From contig CAXHJY010001386.1 of NCBI GenBank assembly GCA_964016885.1, forward strand, positions 1 through 64,000: a stretch of DNA of 64,000 nucleotides, in the 5' to 3' direction. Made by a program: the position numbers and the translations under genes. Origin of the DNA: Eledone cirrhosa (taxonomy: Eukaryota). A model generated the notes under the pieces. The model saw nothing but the letters and a program-made list of their open reading frames with translations, was not told where the DNA came from and did no database searches. Positions 40,547-54,352 of this stretch are shown in pieces (within the stretch, counting starts at the first letter, position 1; each line of letters opens with the position of its first letter).

Positions 40547-40830
40547 GTATAGGACTGTCTAGCGGGTTTTCTACGGCTGGATGCCCTTCCTAACACCAAC
40601 CACGTTTACAGTATGGACTGGGAGGTTTTTACTGTGCTACCTACACGGCCACATTACAGCGTGGACAAGGCGGGTCTTCTGTATTACTGTGTAGCGCCAA
40701 AGATCTCGGTCCAGTGACATTGCCTTGGAGAGGTGTAAGTGTGTGAGGTCGGAATTTATCAAGTCGTCCCAGGTTTTTCTGAGTCTGCCTACTCCGTGGC
40801 TTCTGTCTATTATTATCGCCCTGCACTTTT
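40547..40830 (-). mobile_element. RTE family C fragment with a UTR deletion
   Basis: KKCRAIIIDRSHGVGR..KTRL joined directly to the UTR module. Confidence 0.8.
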
Positions 40831-41119
40831 TTATATATTTATATATATATATATATATATGCATGTATTGGATTTATGAACTGAATTTAAAGTTAATTGA
40901 ACTTTATTCTGAATAACTATCAGCCCCTCGATTAGATATGCCCATGGACAGATAATGCAAACTAGCACTAACGTAATTTGAATTTAAATTGATTCATATA
41001 ATAAATTATTGAGGGTAATTCAGATCGATTTTGACTTGATACATACACACACACTCACATATATACATACAATTTAAGAATAATAAAACGAACACAGATG
41101 CAAATTATATCGTCCTCAC

Positions 41120-42659
41120 CATCATCATCATCGTTTAACGTCCATCACCCACGCTTGCATGGGTTTGGACGGGAGTTTTCCCACTTGAGGCAAGATTGGT
41201 TGACTTACATGTATAGGACTGTCTGGCAAGTTTTCTACGGCTGGATGCCCTTCCTAACACCAACCACGTTTACAGTGTGGATTGGGAGGTTTTTACCGTG
41301 TTATCTACACGGCCACATTACAGCGTGGACTGTGTGTTTTTCTTGTCGTGACACCTACACGACCTCATTTGTTTCGGCTTGGATGTTGTGGGACCAACAT
41401 AACTTTACATGGAAAAGGGTGGTGTGGATGGGGTGGGGGGGGGTAGTGGGACGGGGGTGTATTTTTGTTAGAGGGTCTTCTGTATTACTGTGTAGCGCCA
41501 AAGATCTCGGTCCAGTGACATTGTCTTGGAGAGGTGTAAGTGTGTGAGGTCGGAATTTATCAAGTCGTCCCAGGTTTTTCTGGGTCTGCCTACTCCGTGG
41601 CTTCTGTCTATTATTATCGCCCTGCACTTTTTTAGACAGCTGTCGTCTTTCAGGCGCATCATGTGACCGTACCAACGTAGCCTTCTCTCGAGTAAACAAC
41701 ATCTGATCCCTCTTAGTCCTAATTTCTCCCTTAGTTCGTTTATGCTTTGCCGTTCACGTATATTACTATTACACATCAAGCGGAGCATGCAAGCTTTGTT
41801 CCTCTCCAGTCTGCGTATATCCTCTGCACACAATACCCAGGTCTCGCTGCCATGTAACGTTGCTGTTTGTATGCAGGCATCATACAGCCTGCCTTTCATT
41901 TTTAGAGAGAACCCTTTAGCGGCCAATAGTGGTATAAGCTCTCTGAACTTTTTCCATCCCGTTCTGACTCTAGCTACTGTACTTTCAGAGCACCCTCCAC
42001 CACTGCTGATTTTGTCACCCAGGTAACGGAAGGTGTCCACTATTTCTATAGAACCATCTGTGCAATGGAATGAGCTAGTATTCTGTGGGCACTTGCTGCT
42101 ACTTATTGCACCTGCGCACCGGCCACATATAAAATCTATATTCTTAGATAGCTTACCTGTGATCCCACTACATCTTTTATGCACCCATACTTTGCATTTT
42201 GGACATAAAATGGAGTTTCTGCCTACTCCTTTCCTACACACTGAGCATGGCCATTTCCCAGATGGGACCGGTGCCCTATTTTCCTTCCTACAAACTAGAA
42301 CTTTAGTCTTAGACAGGTTAATTTTAAGGCCTTTTGATTCTAGGCCGTGCTTCCATGTTTGGAATTTCTTCTCTAGTTCAGCCATTGGTTCACCTATGAG
42401 CGTTAGATCATCTGCGTATAGGAGTTCCCATGGGCAGCCTGTCTTGAACTCCTCTGTTATAGCCTGAAGGGCAATAATAAATAGTAGGGGGCTAAGAACG
42501 GAGCCCTGATGAACACCAACTTTTACGCTAAACTCTTCACTATATTCATTGTTAATTCTAACCTTGCTGACTGTTTCTTTATACATGGCTTATATAGCTC
42601 TCACAAGCCATTCATCAACACCTAGTTTTCTAAGAGCCCACCAGATAATGGAGCGGGGG
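41120..42659 (-). mobile_element. Older RTE family C copy, 5'-truncated
   Basis: ORF 41468-42586 minus with GVHQGS, LYADD and the PHD-like finger. Confidence 0.92.
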
Positions 42660-42678
42660 GTCTCTTAGTGTTCTTAGT

Positions 42679-42790
42679 GTTCTGTATGAGCAAGACATGG
42701 TCACCTGACCTGGCATTGCCCTGAACAGGACAACCCGTCTAACCCCTGCTAGCGTGGAAGAATGGATGTAAATGATGATGATGATGAAGA
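42679..42790 (+). mobile_element. Diverged family B-like 3' tail
   Basis: ACAGGACAACCCGTCTAACCCCTGCTAGCGTGGAAGAATGGATGTAAA(TGA)n. Confidence 0.75.
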
Positions 42791-43427
42791 TGAATTTGCA
42801 TGTGTGTTTGTTTTGTTAGTCTTAAACCGTGTGTGTGTGTGTATAATGTAAAATCTTGACCACGGCACCAAGCAGTTTTGGTTTGTGCATTCAGCAAGCC
42901 TGAACACACAAGCTGGAACCGCTAGTTGCTGCAGTCAGGATTTTACTTATCTCTATATCCATTCTGCATCTCCCCATGCATTGAGTACTCTCATGATTAG
43001 TGATCTCCCCAGTCTCTGCACTGCAGACTCTTTCTCTCTCTCTCTCTATATATCTTTGTATATGTGTGTATATTTATATGTATTATGTATATTTTGCTAG
43101 TTGCCGTGTTTATCTGTAAGATTTGCATAATGACTTCTCGTTGATAACGGGTTTAAGCATAGAGAGTACTCCACATCAGTTGTAGTTATCCAGCTTAAAG
43201 GTGGTGATCAAAGATAAGTGTTATCGTGTATAAAATAAATGTTAAGGCAGAAGTTACATAATCATATAGATTTATTAATCATACATATTTCTGTGACACT
43301 GACATGGAGCTCTTGTGCAATCATTACAACAGCAACGGCACCAGTGAGATGTCATCAAATGTTAACATAATTATGTGGGTGGGTTGATATGTTGTTGGTT
43401 AACATGACCATGTTTGCAAAAGTCCGA

Positions 43428-45505
43428 AGAAAGGCAGACTGTATGACACTTGTGCATGAACAGCAATGCTGCATGGAGGCAAAACCTGGGCAATATGCGC
43501 AGAGGGCTTATGAGGATTGGAAAGAAATTAAACTTGAATTCTCTGATGGATGTGGAATAGCAGTGTGCATGAACGACAATGCTTCAATGAATTGAGAGAG
43601 AAACTAGGCATAAGAAGGGTTAGATGCAGTGTACAAGAGAGGAAATTGCGATTGTTTGGACATGTGATGTGTATGTAGGATGACAGTTGTATAAGAAGAT
43701 AATGGATGATGTGGAAAAAGAGGGAATCTTTGGAGCTATAGTTGCTTTTACATATGTAATTGAATTCCAAAAAAGAGGATTGCCACATGCACATTTGCTG
43801 ATCATTTTACATAGAGATTGCAAATTGAAATGTGCTGAGGATGTCGACAGCATTGTGTGTGCTGAACTGCCGGAGAATGAGGCACTACGCAACTTGGTGG
43901 CAAAGTCAATGGTACACAACCAATGCGGAGTGGCAAATCGGAAAGCGCCTTGCATGAAAAATGGCCAATGCAGTAAGCAATTTCCGAAATCTTTTGTCAC
44001 GAACACTTCCTGGAACGATGGGGATGCTCATACAGAAGACGGTTGCCTGCAGATGGCGGTTTGGTCGAAAATGTAAACGGTCGACAGGTTACAAATCAAT
44101 GGGTTGTGCTATACAATCCATATTTGATTATGAAATATCGTTGTCATATTAATGTGGAAATTTGTAGCTCAGTGAAAGCTTGCAAATATCTATTCAAATA
44201 TGTTTACAAAGGTCATGATCGGGCAATGATCAATGTCAGGAATGAGGAAGCGTACCAAGGAGATGAAGTTGGCAGGTTCCAGGATGTTCGCTCGATTGGA
44301 TCTAGTGAAACTTGCGGGAGATTATTCGATTTTGATCTCAATGAATGCAAACCCAGCGTTCAGAAACTGACGGTTCACTTAAAGAATAGGCAAATGGTCT
44401 GTTTTCAGGACACTAGAAGAGGTGTCGAAAGAATTGCTAATGCACCACCTCCTAAGACGGAATTGACTGAGTGGTTCAAGCATAATAGGGAACATGCTTT
44501 GAACCCGGATCAAAGGCAACTCTACTGCGATTTCCCTTCGCACTATACGTGGGATAAGAAGGGAAAGAAATGGAATGATAGAAAACAAAAGTTGAGATTC
44601 ATGACTATTGGACGGGTTTGTAATGTCTATCCAGCATCTGGTGATGTTTTATCTCCGAATTCTGTTGCATAATGATTTTTCGAGAGGTAAACAGAGCTTC
44701 GCTGATATGAAAACAATCAATGGCATGGAATATGAAACATACCAGGCTGTGCGTCAGCATCTGGGACTCCTTCAGGATGACGCTGAATGGAATAACACCA
44801 TGGAAGCTGCAGGAACTCAAAGTTGACAGAAGCTACGGAAGAGGAAGACCTAGGAAAGCTTGGGATGAAATGATAAAAGCTGACCTTGCACAATTCAATC
44901 TCACAAAGGAGATGACACAGGATCGAGAGCTCTGACATTCTGCTGTACTGCAGAAGACCTGGCTTTCCTTGTGCACAAAATGAAATGAAACAAACATGTA
45001 GAGGACGCAATAATCTGCACCAACTTCTTTTTGCCCCTCCTCATTCACTCTCCTCAATCTTAATTCTCCATTCTCACCATCTAAATATCCCATGCATCTT
45101 GTTGACTTCAAACTTGCTTACTTATCCTCCTTCCCCGATACAACTTGCCTGCCTAACCCATGCATACAAACATGAAAGCTCGACATGCTATACATCAGAA
45201 CTCCGATAATGCCGTTACCATAGCACAAGTACTATATCTACCCTATATGCTGATACGGTGCCATAACAATAAAAATATCCAGTCCATCCTGCAAGGTGGT
45301 CGTATTGGTGACATGATGAAAAAGCACCCAGTCCACAGTGTTAAGTTGTCATTTTGGTCCCACGATAAAAAGCACAGTCCTCACTGTAACATGGTTGTCA
45401 TTAGGAAGGGCATCCAGTTGTAGAAACTAAGCCAAAATTCAGATCCATATGAGCAATGCATGGTCTCCTGACCTGAATTGTCTCATAATGTGAGAATCCA
45501 TCTAA
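43428..45505 (+). mobile_element. Old RTE 3' fragment interrupted by Helitron coding sequence
   Basis: Degenerate KGRLYD..AMLHG..FGHVM..DDSCIRR at 43428-43700 resumes as ELKVDRSYGRGRPRKAWDEMIKADL at ~44810; degenerate UTR modules at 45285-45430. Confidence 0.8.
43700..44807 (+). pseudogene. Helitron Rep (HUH) domain fragment, frameshifted
   Basis: YVIEFQKRGLPHAHLLI (HUH motif 2), MVHNQCG..PCMKNGQCSKQFPK, NQWVVLYNP..HINVEIC..KYLFKYVYKGHD (Y2 motif 3), FYLRILL. Confidence 0.92.
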
Positions 45506-45528
45506 ACATACATATATATTTTCTATAT

Positions 45529-46262
45529 CATCATCATCATTATCGTTTAACATCTATCTTCCATGCCGGCATGGGTTTAGACGGGAATTGTCCCACTTGA
45601 GGCAAGATTGGTCGTCTCGCTTGTATAGGACTGTCAGGCAGGTTTTCTACGGCTGGATGCCCTTCCTAACACCAACCACATTTACAGTGTGGACTGGGAG
45701 GTTTTTACCATGTTACCTACACGGCCACATTACAGCGTGGACTGTCTGGTTTTTTGTCGTGACACCTACACAACCTCATTTATTTAGGACTGGATGTTGT
45801 GGTACCAACATAACTTTACAGAGAAAGGGGTGGTGTTGATGGGGGTGGGAGTGGGGGGTAATGGGATAGGGGTGTATATTCGATTAAGAGATGCCTACTG
45901 ACTGTAGGTTTTGCTTTGTACTTAGGCAAAGTGGGTTTTCTGTATTACTACGTAGCGCCAAATATCTCGGTCCAGTGGCATTGTCTTAGAGAGGTGTAAG
46001 TGTGTAAGGTCGGAATTTATCAAATTGTCCCAGGTTTTTCTGGGTCTGCCTACTCCGTAACTTCCGTCAATTTTGATCGCCCTGTACTTTTTTATAAAGC
46101 TGTCTTTCATGCGCATCCATACCAACGTAGTCTTCTCTCGAGTAAACAGCATCTGATCCCTCTTATACCTAATTTCTCACTTAGTTCATTTATGCTTTGC
46201 TGTTCACGTATATTACTATTACACATCCAGCAGAGCATGCATGCTTCGTTCCTCTCCAGTCT
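45529..46262 (-). mobile_element. Older RTE family C 3' fragment
   Basis: [25 protein letters not shown] on the minus strand; (CAT)n at the left end. Confidence 0.88.
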
Positions 46263-46361
46263 ACTATATCTCTTTAATGAATAATCTAATTTTTGTATCT
46301 GCTGTTGTTCTATCACTGATTCATTATACATTTTACTATTATCTGTTTTTTTTTTTTAAAG

Positions 46362-46456
46362 GGGAGCTTTCTCAATTGTACGGAGATGTGTTCAGAAGTC
46401 TACAGGACTGGAATTTGCAGCTAAAATTATTAACACGAAGAAACTCTCTGCCAGAG
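46362..46456 (+). CDS. CaMKII: Internal coding exon (95 nt) of calcium/calmodulin-dependent protein kinase II
   Basis: Poly-T tract + AAAG acceptor (AG at 46360-61), GTAGGT donor at 46457; translates (K)[31 protein letters not shown](D), the CaMKII glycine-loop end to ATP-binding Lys segment. Confidence 0.96.
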
Positions 46457-46493
46457 GTAGGTGACTGAATTTCAGATAAACTCCATATGATCA

Positions 46494-47335
46494 TCTATAT
46501 ATATAAAACTGAGGATGTCTGTGTGTGTGTGAGTTTGAATCCCTAAAACTCGAGAAGCACCCAACCAACTGTTTTCAAACTTTACACATGTAATACTTAT
46601 GTTTCAGGGAGTTTTCGGAGTAAAAATAATTTCAAATTTTCAATGCCCTAGGGACCGCATTATTTTAGATAGATACATACATATGACGTCGCGCCCTTAT
46701 AATATCTGTCTGTATGTCTGGCTGTCTGCATTACGTCACTTCCCTGAGGATGTCTGTGTGTGTGTCAGTTTGAATCCCTAAAACTCGAGAAGTACCCAAC
46801 CGATTTATTTCAAATTTTACATGTGTATTACTTATGTTTCAGTGAGTGTTATGCACATAAAATTAAACTTTTTGATCCCTTACGGCCCGCATTAGGTGAA
46901 AAACTGCGTTTTTAAAGCTTTTTAGGGTTTTTTTGAGGCGTTACGTCAGACCGATTTCTTTGAAATTGTAACTATGTATTAGTCAGTCTCTTCTTCATAC
47001 CATGAGCAAAGAAAATCCAACTTTTTTATGGCCTAGGGCCCACATTAGGTGAAAAGCTTCATTTTTTTCAGCTTTTCAGGGCTCTTTGGAGGCGTTACGT
47101 CTAGCCGATTTTCCCGAAATTTCAAGGCATATTATGCACATAAAAAAAAATTATTAGGTGAAAACCTGCATTTTTCCTGCTTCATCGAGTAAAATCTTAG
47201 ATTATCCAGCCATCAGAGTATTCGGTTTATTTTCTTGACATATTGTCCAGGCATGCAGTTTTTCCATGATTAGGTCTGTTGGCGACCCATGTTCCAAAAT
47301 ACCTTATCCCATGCAACGCTGGGTACCACTGCTAG
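46494..47335 (+). mobile_element. Non-autonomous Helitron
   Basis: A|TCTATATATATAAAA 5' end; subterminal hairpin CCCATGCAACGCTGGG; CTAG|T 3' end; internal duplications. Confidence 0.85.
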
Positions 47336-47714
47336 TTATATATAAAAATAAACACACACACATGTATGTAAAAAGTAAATAAAAACAACATTATTAGTTT
47401 AAGGCTTGACAAAGTAGGAAAGAAGTTTTTACATTTTGGATATATATATATATATGCACACGTGCAAACACAAACATACTCTTTACTTTTATTTTTTATT
47501 TTCACCATCTCCACATTGTCATATCATATGATTTTTGGATAAATAATTAATTTGGGCAAACCTGTTTATATTTCTTGCATGTCACCTCTTTCTTTGTCCT
47601 CATCTCTCTTGCAGTTTCTCTAGTGCTCTGTCTCTGTAGCGTTATCTATCACTCCACCTCTGCCACTATTGCTCTATCTCCATATCTATGTATCGCTCTC
47701 TCTCTCTATCTCTC

Positions 47715-47760
47715 TCTATATATATATATTTATATATATATATATTTATATATTTATATA

Positions 47761-47818
<58 letters not shown>

Positions 47819-47880
47819 TATATATATATATATATTTAAATTTATATATATATTTATATATATATATATATTTAAATTTA

Positions 47881-47913
<33 letters not shown>

Positions 47914-47934
47914 ATATATATTTATATATATATA

Positions 47935-47975
<41 letters not shown>

Positions 47976-47978
47976 TTT

Positions 47979-48035
<57 letters not shown>

Positions 48036-48048
48036 ATATTTATATATT

Positions 48049-48079
<31 letters not shown>

Positions 48080-48188
48080 ATTTATATATATATATATTTA
48101 TATATATATATATTTATATATATATATATTTATATATATATATATTTATATATATATATATTTATATATTTATATATATTTATATATT

Positions 48189-48220
<32 letters not shown>

Positions 48221-48228
48221 TATATTTA

Positions 48229-48261
<33 letters not shown>

Positions 48262-48408
48262 ATATTTATATATATATATATATTTATATATATATTTATA
48301 TATATATATATATTTATATATTTATATATATTTATATATATTTATATTTATATATATATTTATATATATATATATTTATATATATATTTATATATATATA
48401 TATATATA
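47715..48408. repeat. TA-derived microsatellite, TATATTTA variant
   Basis: Seen directly. Confidence 0.95.
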
Positions 48409-51281
48409 TCATCATCATCATCATCATCATCAGGTTTAGCGTCCGTGTTCCACGCTTGCATGGGTTTGGACGGGGGTTTTTCCACTTGAGGCAAGAGTGG
48501 TTGTCTTGCTCGCATAGGGCTGTCTGGCGGGTTTTCTACAGTTGGATGCCCTTCCTAACACCAACCACATTTACAGTGTGGGGCTGGGAGGTTTTTACCG
48601 TGTTGCCTACACGGCCACATTACAGCGTGGACTGTCTGGCGGGTTTTCTACAGCTGGATGCCCTTCCTAACACCAACCACATTTACAGTGTGGGGCTGGG
48701 AGGTTTTTACCGTGTTGCCTACACGGCCACATTTACAGCGTGGACTGTGTGTTTTTTGTCGTGACACCTACACGATCTCATTTGTTTCGGCCTGGATGTT
48801 GTGGGATCAACATAACTGTACATTGAAAGGGGCGGTGTGGATGGGGTGGAGGTGGTGGGACGGGGGGGTGTTTTGATAGAGATGCCTACTGACTGTAGTA
48901 GGTTTTTACTTTGTATTTAGGTAAGGCGGGTCTTCTCTATTACTGAGTACCGCCAAAGGTCTCGGTCCAGTGACATTGTCTTGGAGAGGTGTAAGCGTGT
49001 GAGGTCGTAATTTATCAGCTCGTCCCATGTTTTTCTGGGTCTGCCTACTCCGTGGCTACCGTCTATCTTTATTGCCCTGCACTTTGTTATACAGCTGTCG
49101 TCTTTCATGCGCATCACGTGACCGTACCAACGTAGCCTTCTCTCGAGTAAACAACATCTGATCCCTCTTATTTCTAATTTTTTCCTTAGTTCGTTTATGC
49201 TTTGCCGTTCACGTATATTACTATTGCACATCCAGCGGAGCATGCAAGCTTCCTTCCTCTCTCGTCTGCGTATATCCTCTGCACACAATGCCCAGGTCTC
49301 ACTGCCATGCAGCATTGCTGTTCGTATGCAGGCATCGTATAACCTGCCTTTCATTTTTAGGGAGAACCCTCTAGCGGCTAATAGTGGTATAAGCTCTCTG
49401 AACTTTTTCCATCCAGTTCTGACTCTAGCTACTGTACTTTCAGAGCACCCTCCCCCACTGCTGATTTTGTCACCCAGGTAACGGAAGCTGTCCACTATTT
49501 CTATAGAACCCTTTGCGCAGTTGAAGGAGCTGGTATTTTGTGGGCACTTGCTGCTACTTATTGCACCAGAGCACCGGCCACATGTAAAATCTATGTTCTT
49601 AGTTAGCTTACCTGTGATCCCACTACATCTTTTATGCACCCATACTTTGCATTTGGGACATAAAATGGAGTTTCTACCTACGCCTTTCCTACACACTGAG
49701 CATGGCCATTTCCCAGATGGGACTGCCGCCATATTTTCTTTCCTACAAACTAGAACTTTTGTCTTAGCCAGGTTAATTTTAAGGCCTTTTGATTCTAGGC
49801 CGTGCTTCCATGTTTGGAATTTCTTCTCTAGTTCGGTCATTGATTCAGCTATGAGCGTTAGATCATCTGCGTATAGGAGTTCCCATGGGCAGCCGGTCTT
49901 GAACTCCTCTGTTATAGCCTGAAGGGCAATAATAAATAGTAGGGGGCTAAGAACAGAGCCCTGATGGACACCAACTTTTACGCTAAACTCTTCACTATAT
50001 TCGTTGTTAATTCTAACCTTACTGACTGTTTCTTTATACATGGCTTGTATAGCTCTCACAAGCCATTCGTCAACACCTAGTTTTCTAAGAGACCACCAGA
50101 TAATGGAACGGGGGACTCTGTCGAAGGCTTTCTCCAAGTCGACGAAAGCTAAGTATAGGGGTTTACTTTTAGCTAGGTACTTCTCCTGTAGTTGTCGTAC
50201 AATGAAAAGAGCGTCTGTGGTACTTTTGCCTGACACAAATCCGAACTGCATTTCATCTAGATCAATTCTCTCTCTGATTAGTTGCGCTATTACTTTTTCC
50301 GTGACCTTCATGACCTGGTCGATTAATGCCTCTATAGTTACTCCTATCTAGGGCATCTCCTTTTCCCTTATAGCAGTTAACGATGATGCTGCTACGCCAG
50401 TCCTTCGGAACAACCCCATTCTGTACGACTTGGTTAACTATCCGGGTGACCATGGTGTGTCCCACCGAACCAGATGCCTTCAGCATCTCGGCAACTATTT
50501 CCGAAGGACCAGCCGCCTTACCCGTCTTCATATCTTTGATTGCCTTGCTTATTGTACTACCCTGGACTAACACTGCTGGTCCCTCTATTGGGTCGATGTG
50601 GGGGAGACTGTCTGTCTCCCATTTGTTCTCCTCATTTAGAAGCCTTTCGTAGTGACACTTCCAAGCTACCTTCTTATCAGCGTCGGTGATGGCAAGTATG
50701 CCATCATCGTTAAGCACACACTTCTCCCCGACAATATCACGGTTTTCCTTGACACATTGCCTGGCAATCCTGAACACCTCACGTTTTTGGTCCTCACGTT
50801 GTAGAACATGCTTGAACTTTCTTTCCTCTGCTTCCCTTCTTGCGAAGTACACTTGTCTCCTAGCTTCCCTCCTGGCTACCTGATAGTCTTCTCTACTTCC
50901 CCCATCCCGCCATGCTTTCCAAGCCTGCTTTTTGGCCTTAATTGACTCCTCGACCTTACTGTTCCACCACCATGTTACTCTCCTCCTACCTACAGGCCTG
51001 CTCCAGCCACAGACTTCGTCTGCCGCCGTCAGCAGGTTTGCTCTCAGGAATTCCCACTGTTCCTCTATATTATACGACTCTAATTGCTCTTCCTTACTGT
51101 CGAAAGCGTCAAGTAATATGCTTTGAAATTTATTTCTGGCTATGGGGTCCTTTAGCTTCCATATTTTTCTCCTGAGGATAGTCCTCTTCCGCTGTCTAGT
51201 ACGTCTCGTCCTGACTATGAGGTCGCTAATTATCAGTCTATGTTGGGAGGTGAATTCTTCATGGGGGAGGGATTTAGTGTT
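48409..51281 (-). mobile_element. RTE family C, 2.9 kb, 5'-truncated, frameshift near 50325
   Basis: Minus ORFs 50262-~51281 and 48917-50311; duplicated UTR module; (CAT)n at the left end. Confidence 0.94.
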
Positions 51282-51346
51282 AAATATATAAAGTGTTAAA
51301 TATATAAATATATAAATATAAATATATATATAAATATATATATATA

Positions 51347-51382
<36 letters not shown>

Positions 51383-51406
51383 AATATATACAAATATATA
51401 TATATA

Positions 51407-52419
51407 TCATCATCACCGTTTTACGTCCGTTCTTCCACGCTAGCATGGGTTAGACGGGTTGTCCTGTTGTGGGCAGTGTCTGGTCGGCTGACCATGCCTT
51501 GCTCATACAGGAACTGATCTGGCTTGATTTCTACAGCTGGATGCCCTTCCTAACACCAACCTCATTTACAGTGAGTGCTGGGTGCTTTTTCGTGGCGCCT
51601 ACACGTCCACTTTACAGTGTGGGCTGGGTGCTTTTTTGCCGTGGCACCTCCACGACCACCTTGCGGTGGGGGGTGTGGGGGCAGATTGTTTATATGCTTC
51701 AGCTTGTACTCATGGGAGGTCGGGTACTCTGTATTACTGCGTGACGCCAGAAGTCACGGTCGTGTGTCATTGTCTTTGAGAGGTGTAATTGGGTAAGATC
51801 GGCTTTTATCACCTCATCCCAGGTCATCTTGGGTCTCCCCACTTCGCGGTTTCCATCAACTTCTAGTGCTCTGCACCTTTTTATGCAGCTGTCCTCCTTC
51901 ATACGCATCACATGTCCATACCAGCGCAACCGCCTCTCCTGCACACAGCATTTGATTCCTCTTATGCTCAGTCTCTCTCTCAATTCATTTATGCTTTGTC
52001 GTTCACGTATATTACTGTTACACATCCATCGGAGCATGCAGGCTTCGTTTCTCTCTAATCTTCGCAAGTCTTCCACCTTCAGCGCCCAGGTCTCACTACC
52101 CACTACCATGCAACATCGCAGTTCGGATACACGCATCATACAGTCTGCCTTTCATTCTGAGGGAGAAGCCTTTGCAGCTAGCAGTGGTAGTAGTTCCCTA
52201 AACTTCCATCACGTTCTTACCCTAGTTATTGTACTTTCTGAACACCCACCTCCGTTGCTAATTCGGTCACCTAGGTAGCAGAAGCTGTCTACTGTTTCTA
52301 CAGGGCCCTCCCAGAGATTGGTGGTACTTGTTTCCTGTGGCTGTTTGCTGCTTGCTGTTTCAGCGCAGCTGCTGCATGTGAATTCTACATTCTTAATTAA
52401 GCTTCCTGAGATCCCGCTA
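51407..52419 (-). mobile_element. RTE family B, 5'-truncated (~1 kb)
   Basis: Reverse-complement homologue of 16038-17045 with small indels. Confidence 0.92.
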
Positions 52420-52980
52420 TATATATATACTATATTATATTTTGAGAATAAACTCTCAGTCGTTTACAATAAATCAGCTCCAAGAAAGGGGCATTTCCGA
52501 GCAGTTAAATACATTAAAATATATGATAAACACAAAACGTGTTTGCATTGTAACAGACAAAGTTAGCTATTAATGAAATAAACTAATTAAAGTGAATACA
52601 ATTTTTCTGTCTCGATATAAGTCAATAAAGACAAGCTTATATTGGCAAAGGCCGTGATTCCTGGACAAATCTAAATTTCAAAATCCAAACCCGCTCCGTA
52701 TATGAATTTGAACCTCGAAACCTAAATATGTTTCGCAACGATGGTACATGAATTGAAAAATAAAGAGAATCGAAATGGAATTGAAATAAAAAGTGAAATA
52801 ACCAAATCTTCTGTGCTTATCAACAGGAACCCAGTAAAATTAGTATATTTCACCATCAAAAATTTTGCAGGTCTGACTACACGCGTGTAGCCAGGCCAAA
52901 TTAGCCGTCCTGCATTCCCGGTGCTAGAAATAACAGCCGTTTATGCGGGATTAAAGATCAGCTCTACAGTTAAGGAGCAA

Positions 52981-54352
52981 TCTATATATATAAAACTGTG
53001 GTTGTCTGTCTGTCTATCGATTTTTGGCACACATCTCCTCTTAGAATCTCTCACGGAATTGCACCCAAATTGCTATACTTGTACATTGAGCCCTAGCGAA
53101 GACATCGGAAAAAAATATTTCAAATTGACCCGCCCTATCTGACGAAATCGAATATAATGTATCGATTTTTGAGCGTAAGTGATCAGTTATTTCCCTTTGT
53201 TCTGTTTACATTGAGCGTCTGCGTGCAAAAATAAAAAAAATTACGCTGGCTTTCTCAGCGTTTAAAATGACATTAACACAATAATTTTTACTTGAAAACA
53301 AGTCTATTTAAAGACTACGTAAAACAAGCAAATATTTCGTAAAAGAAAGCAAAAATTATATAAGTTTATTTAAAATATATGTATCTGTAAATTTCGTTAC
53401 GCGTGCAGTCAGTTTTATATATATAGATGATAAACAATAATATCCTCTATGAGGTCACTAAACCTGCTAGAAACAGCAGCTAACTCTCCCTCATATCACA
53501 CCACTCCCTACTGTCTTAAATTTAGAAAACACATATCCTCTATGAGGTTACTAAACCTGCTAGAAACAGCAGCTAACTCTCCCTCATATCACACCACTCC
53601 CTACTGTCTTAAATTTAGAAAACACATATCCTCTATGAGGTTACTAAACCTGCTAGAAACAGCAGCTAACTCTCCCCCATATCATACCCCTCCCTACTGT
53701 CTTAAATTTAGAAAACATATCTTCTATGAGGTCACTAAACCTGCTAGAAACAGCAGCTAACTCTCCCTCATATCACAACCCTCCCTACTGTTAAATTTAG
53801 AAAACATATCCTCTATGAGGTCACTAAACCTGCTAGAAACAGCAGCTAACTCTCCCCCATATCACACCCCTCTCTACTGTCTTAAATTTAGAAAACATAT
53901 CTTCTATGAGGTCACTAAACCTGCTAGAAACAGCAGCTAACTCTCCCTCATATCACACCACACCCTACTGTCTTAAATTTAGAAAACACATATCCTCTAT
54001 GAGGTCACTAAACCTGCTAGAAACAACAGCTAACTCTCCCTCATATCACAACCCTCCCTACTGTCTTAAATTTAGAAAACACACAGACAACCATGCAGAA
54101 CAACTCCATCGCAGCTCTGTTGTTCGGCTGGCATCGTCTACTCGCGTGTTGCGCAAGTACTGTGAAACAATAAATTTCAACACTTTTTTGCACAGAGATA
54201 ATATCCATAGGCGAAACTACAATTGTCACTGCTGGCGCAGCTCATGCTTCCAGGTCTGCAATTCATTCACCCAGTGCCTGGCAGACAAAAAAGTGCTGCA
54301 ACCTAACTTTGGTAACTTAATGACCCCGAGCAACGCCGGGCTTTAATGCTAG
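52981..54352 (+). mobile_element. Non-autonomous Helitron, copy 1 of a head-to-tail pair
   Basis: A|TCTATATATATAAAACTGTGG start; CCCGAGCAACGCCGGG hairpin; CTAG end. Confidence 0.85.
53440..54082 (+). repeat. Minisatellite, 7 units of ~89-93 bp, inside the Helitron
   Basis: ATATC(C/T)TCTATGAGGT(C/T)ACTAAACCTGCTAGAAAC recurs at ~53440, 53533, 53626, 53717, 53806, 53897 and 53990. Confidence 0.92.

Noticed and set aside
46241-46468. Listed 75-aa ORF covering the exon
   Set aside because: Wrong frame; the real exon is in another frame and is bounded by splice sites.
53440-54082. CRISPR-like regular array
   Set aside because: The whole unit repeats with no unique spacers; no cas genes; eukaryotic context.
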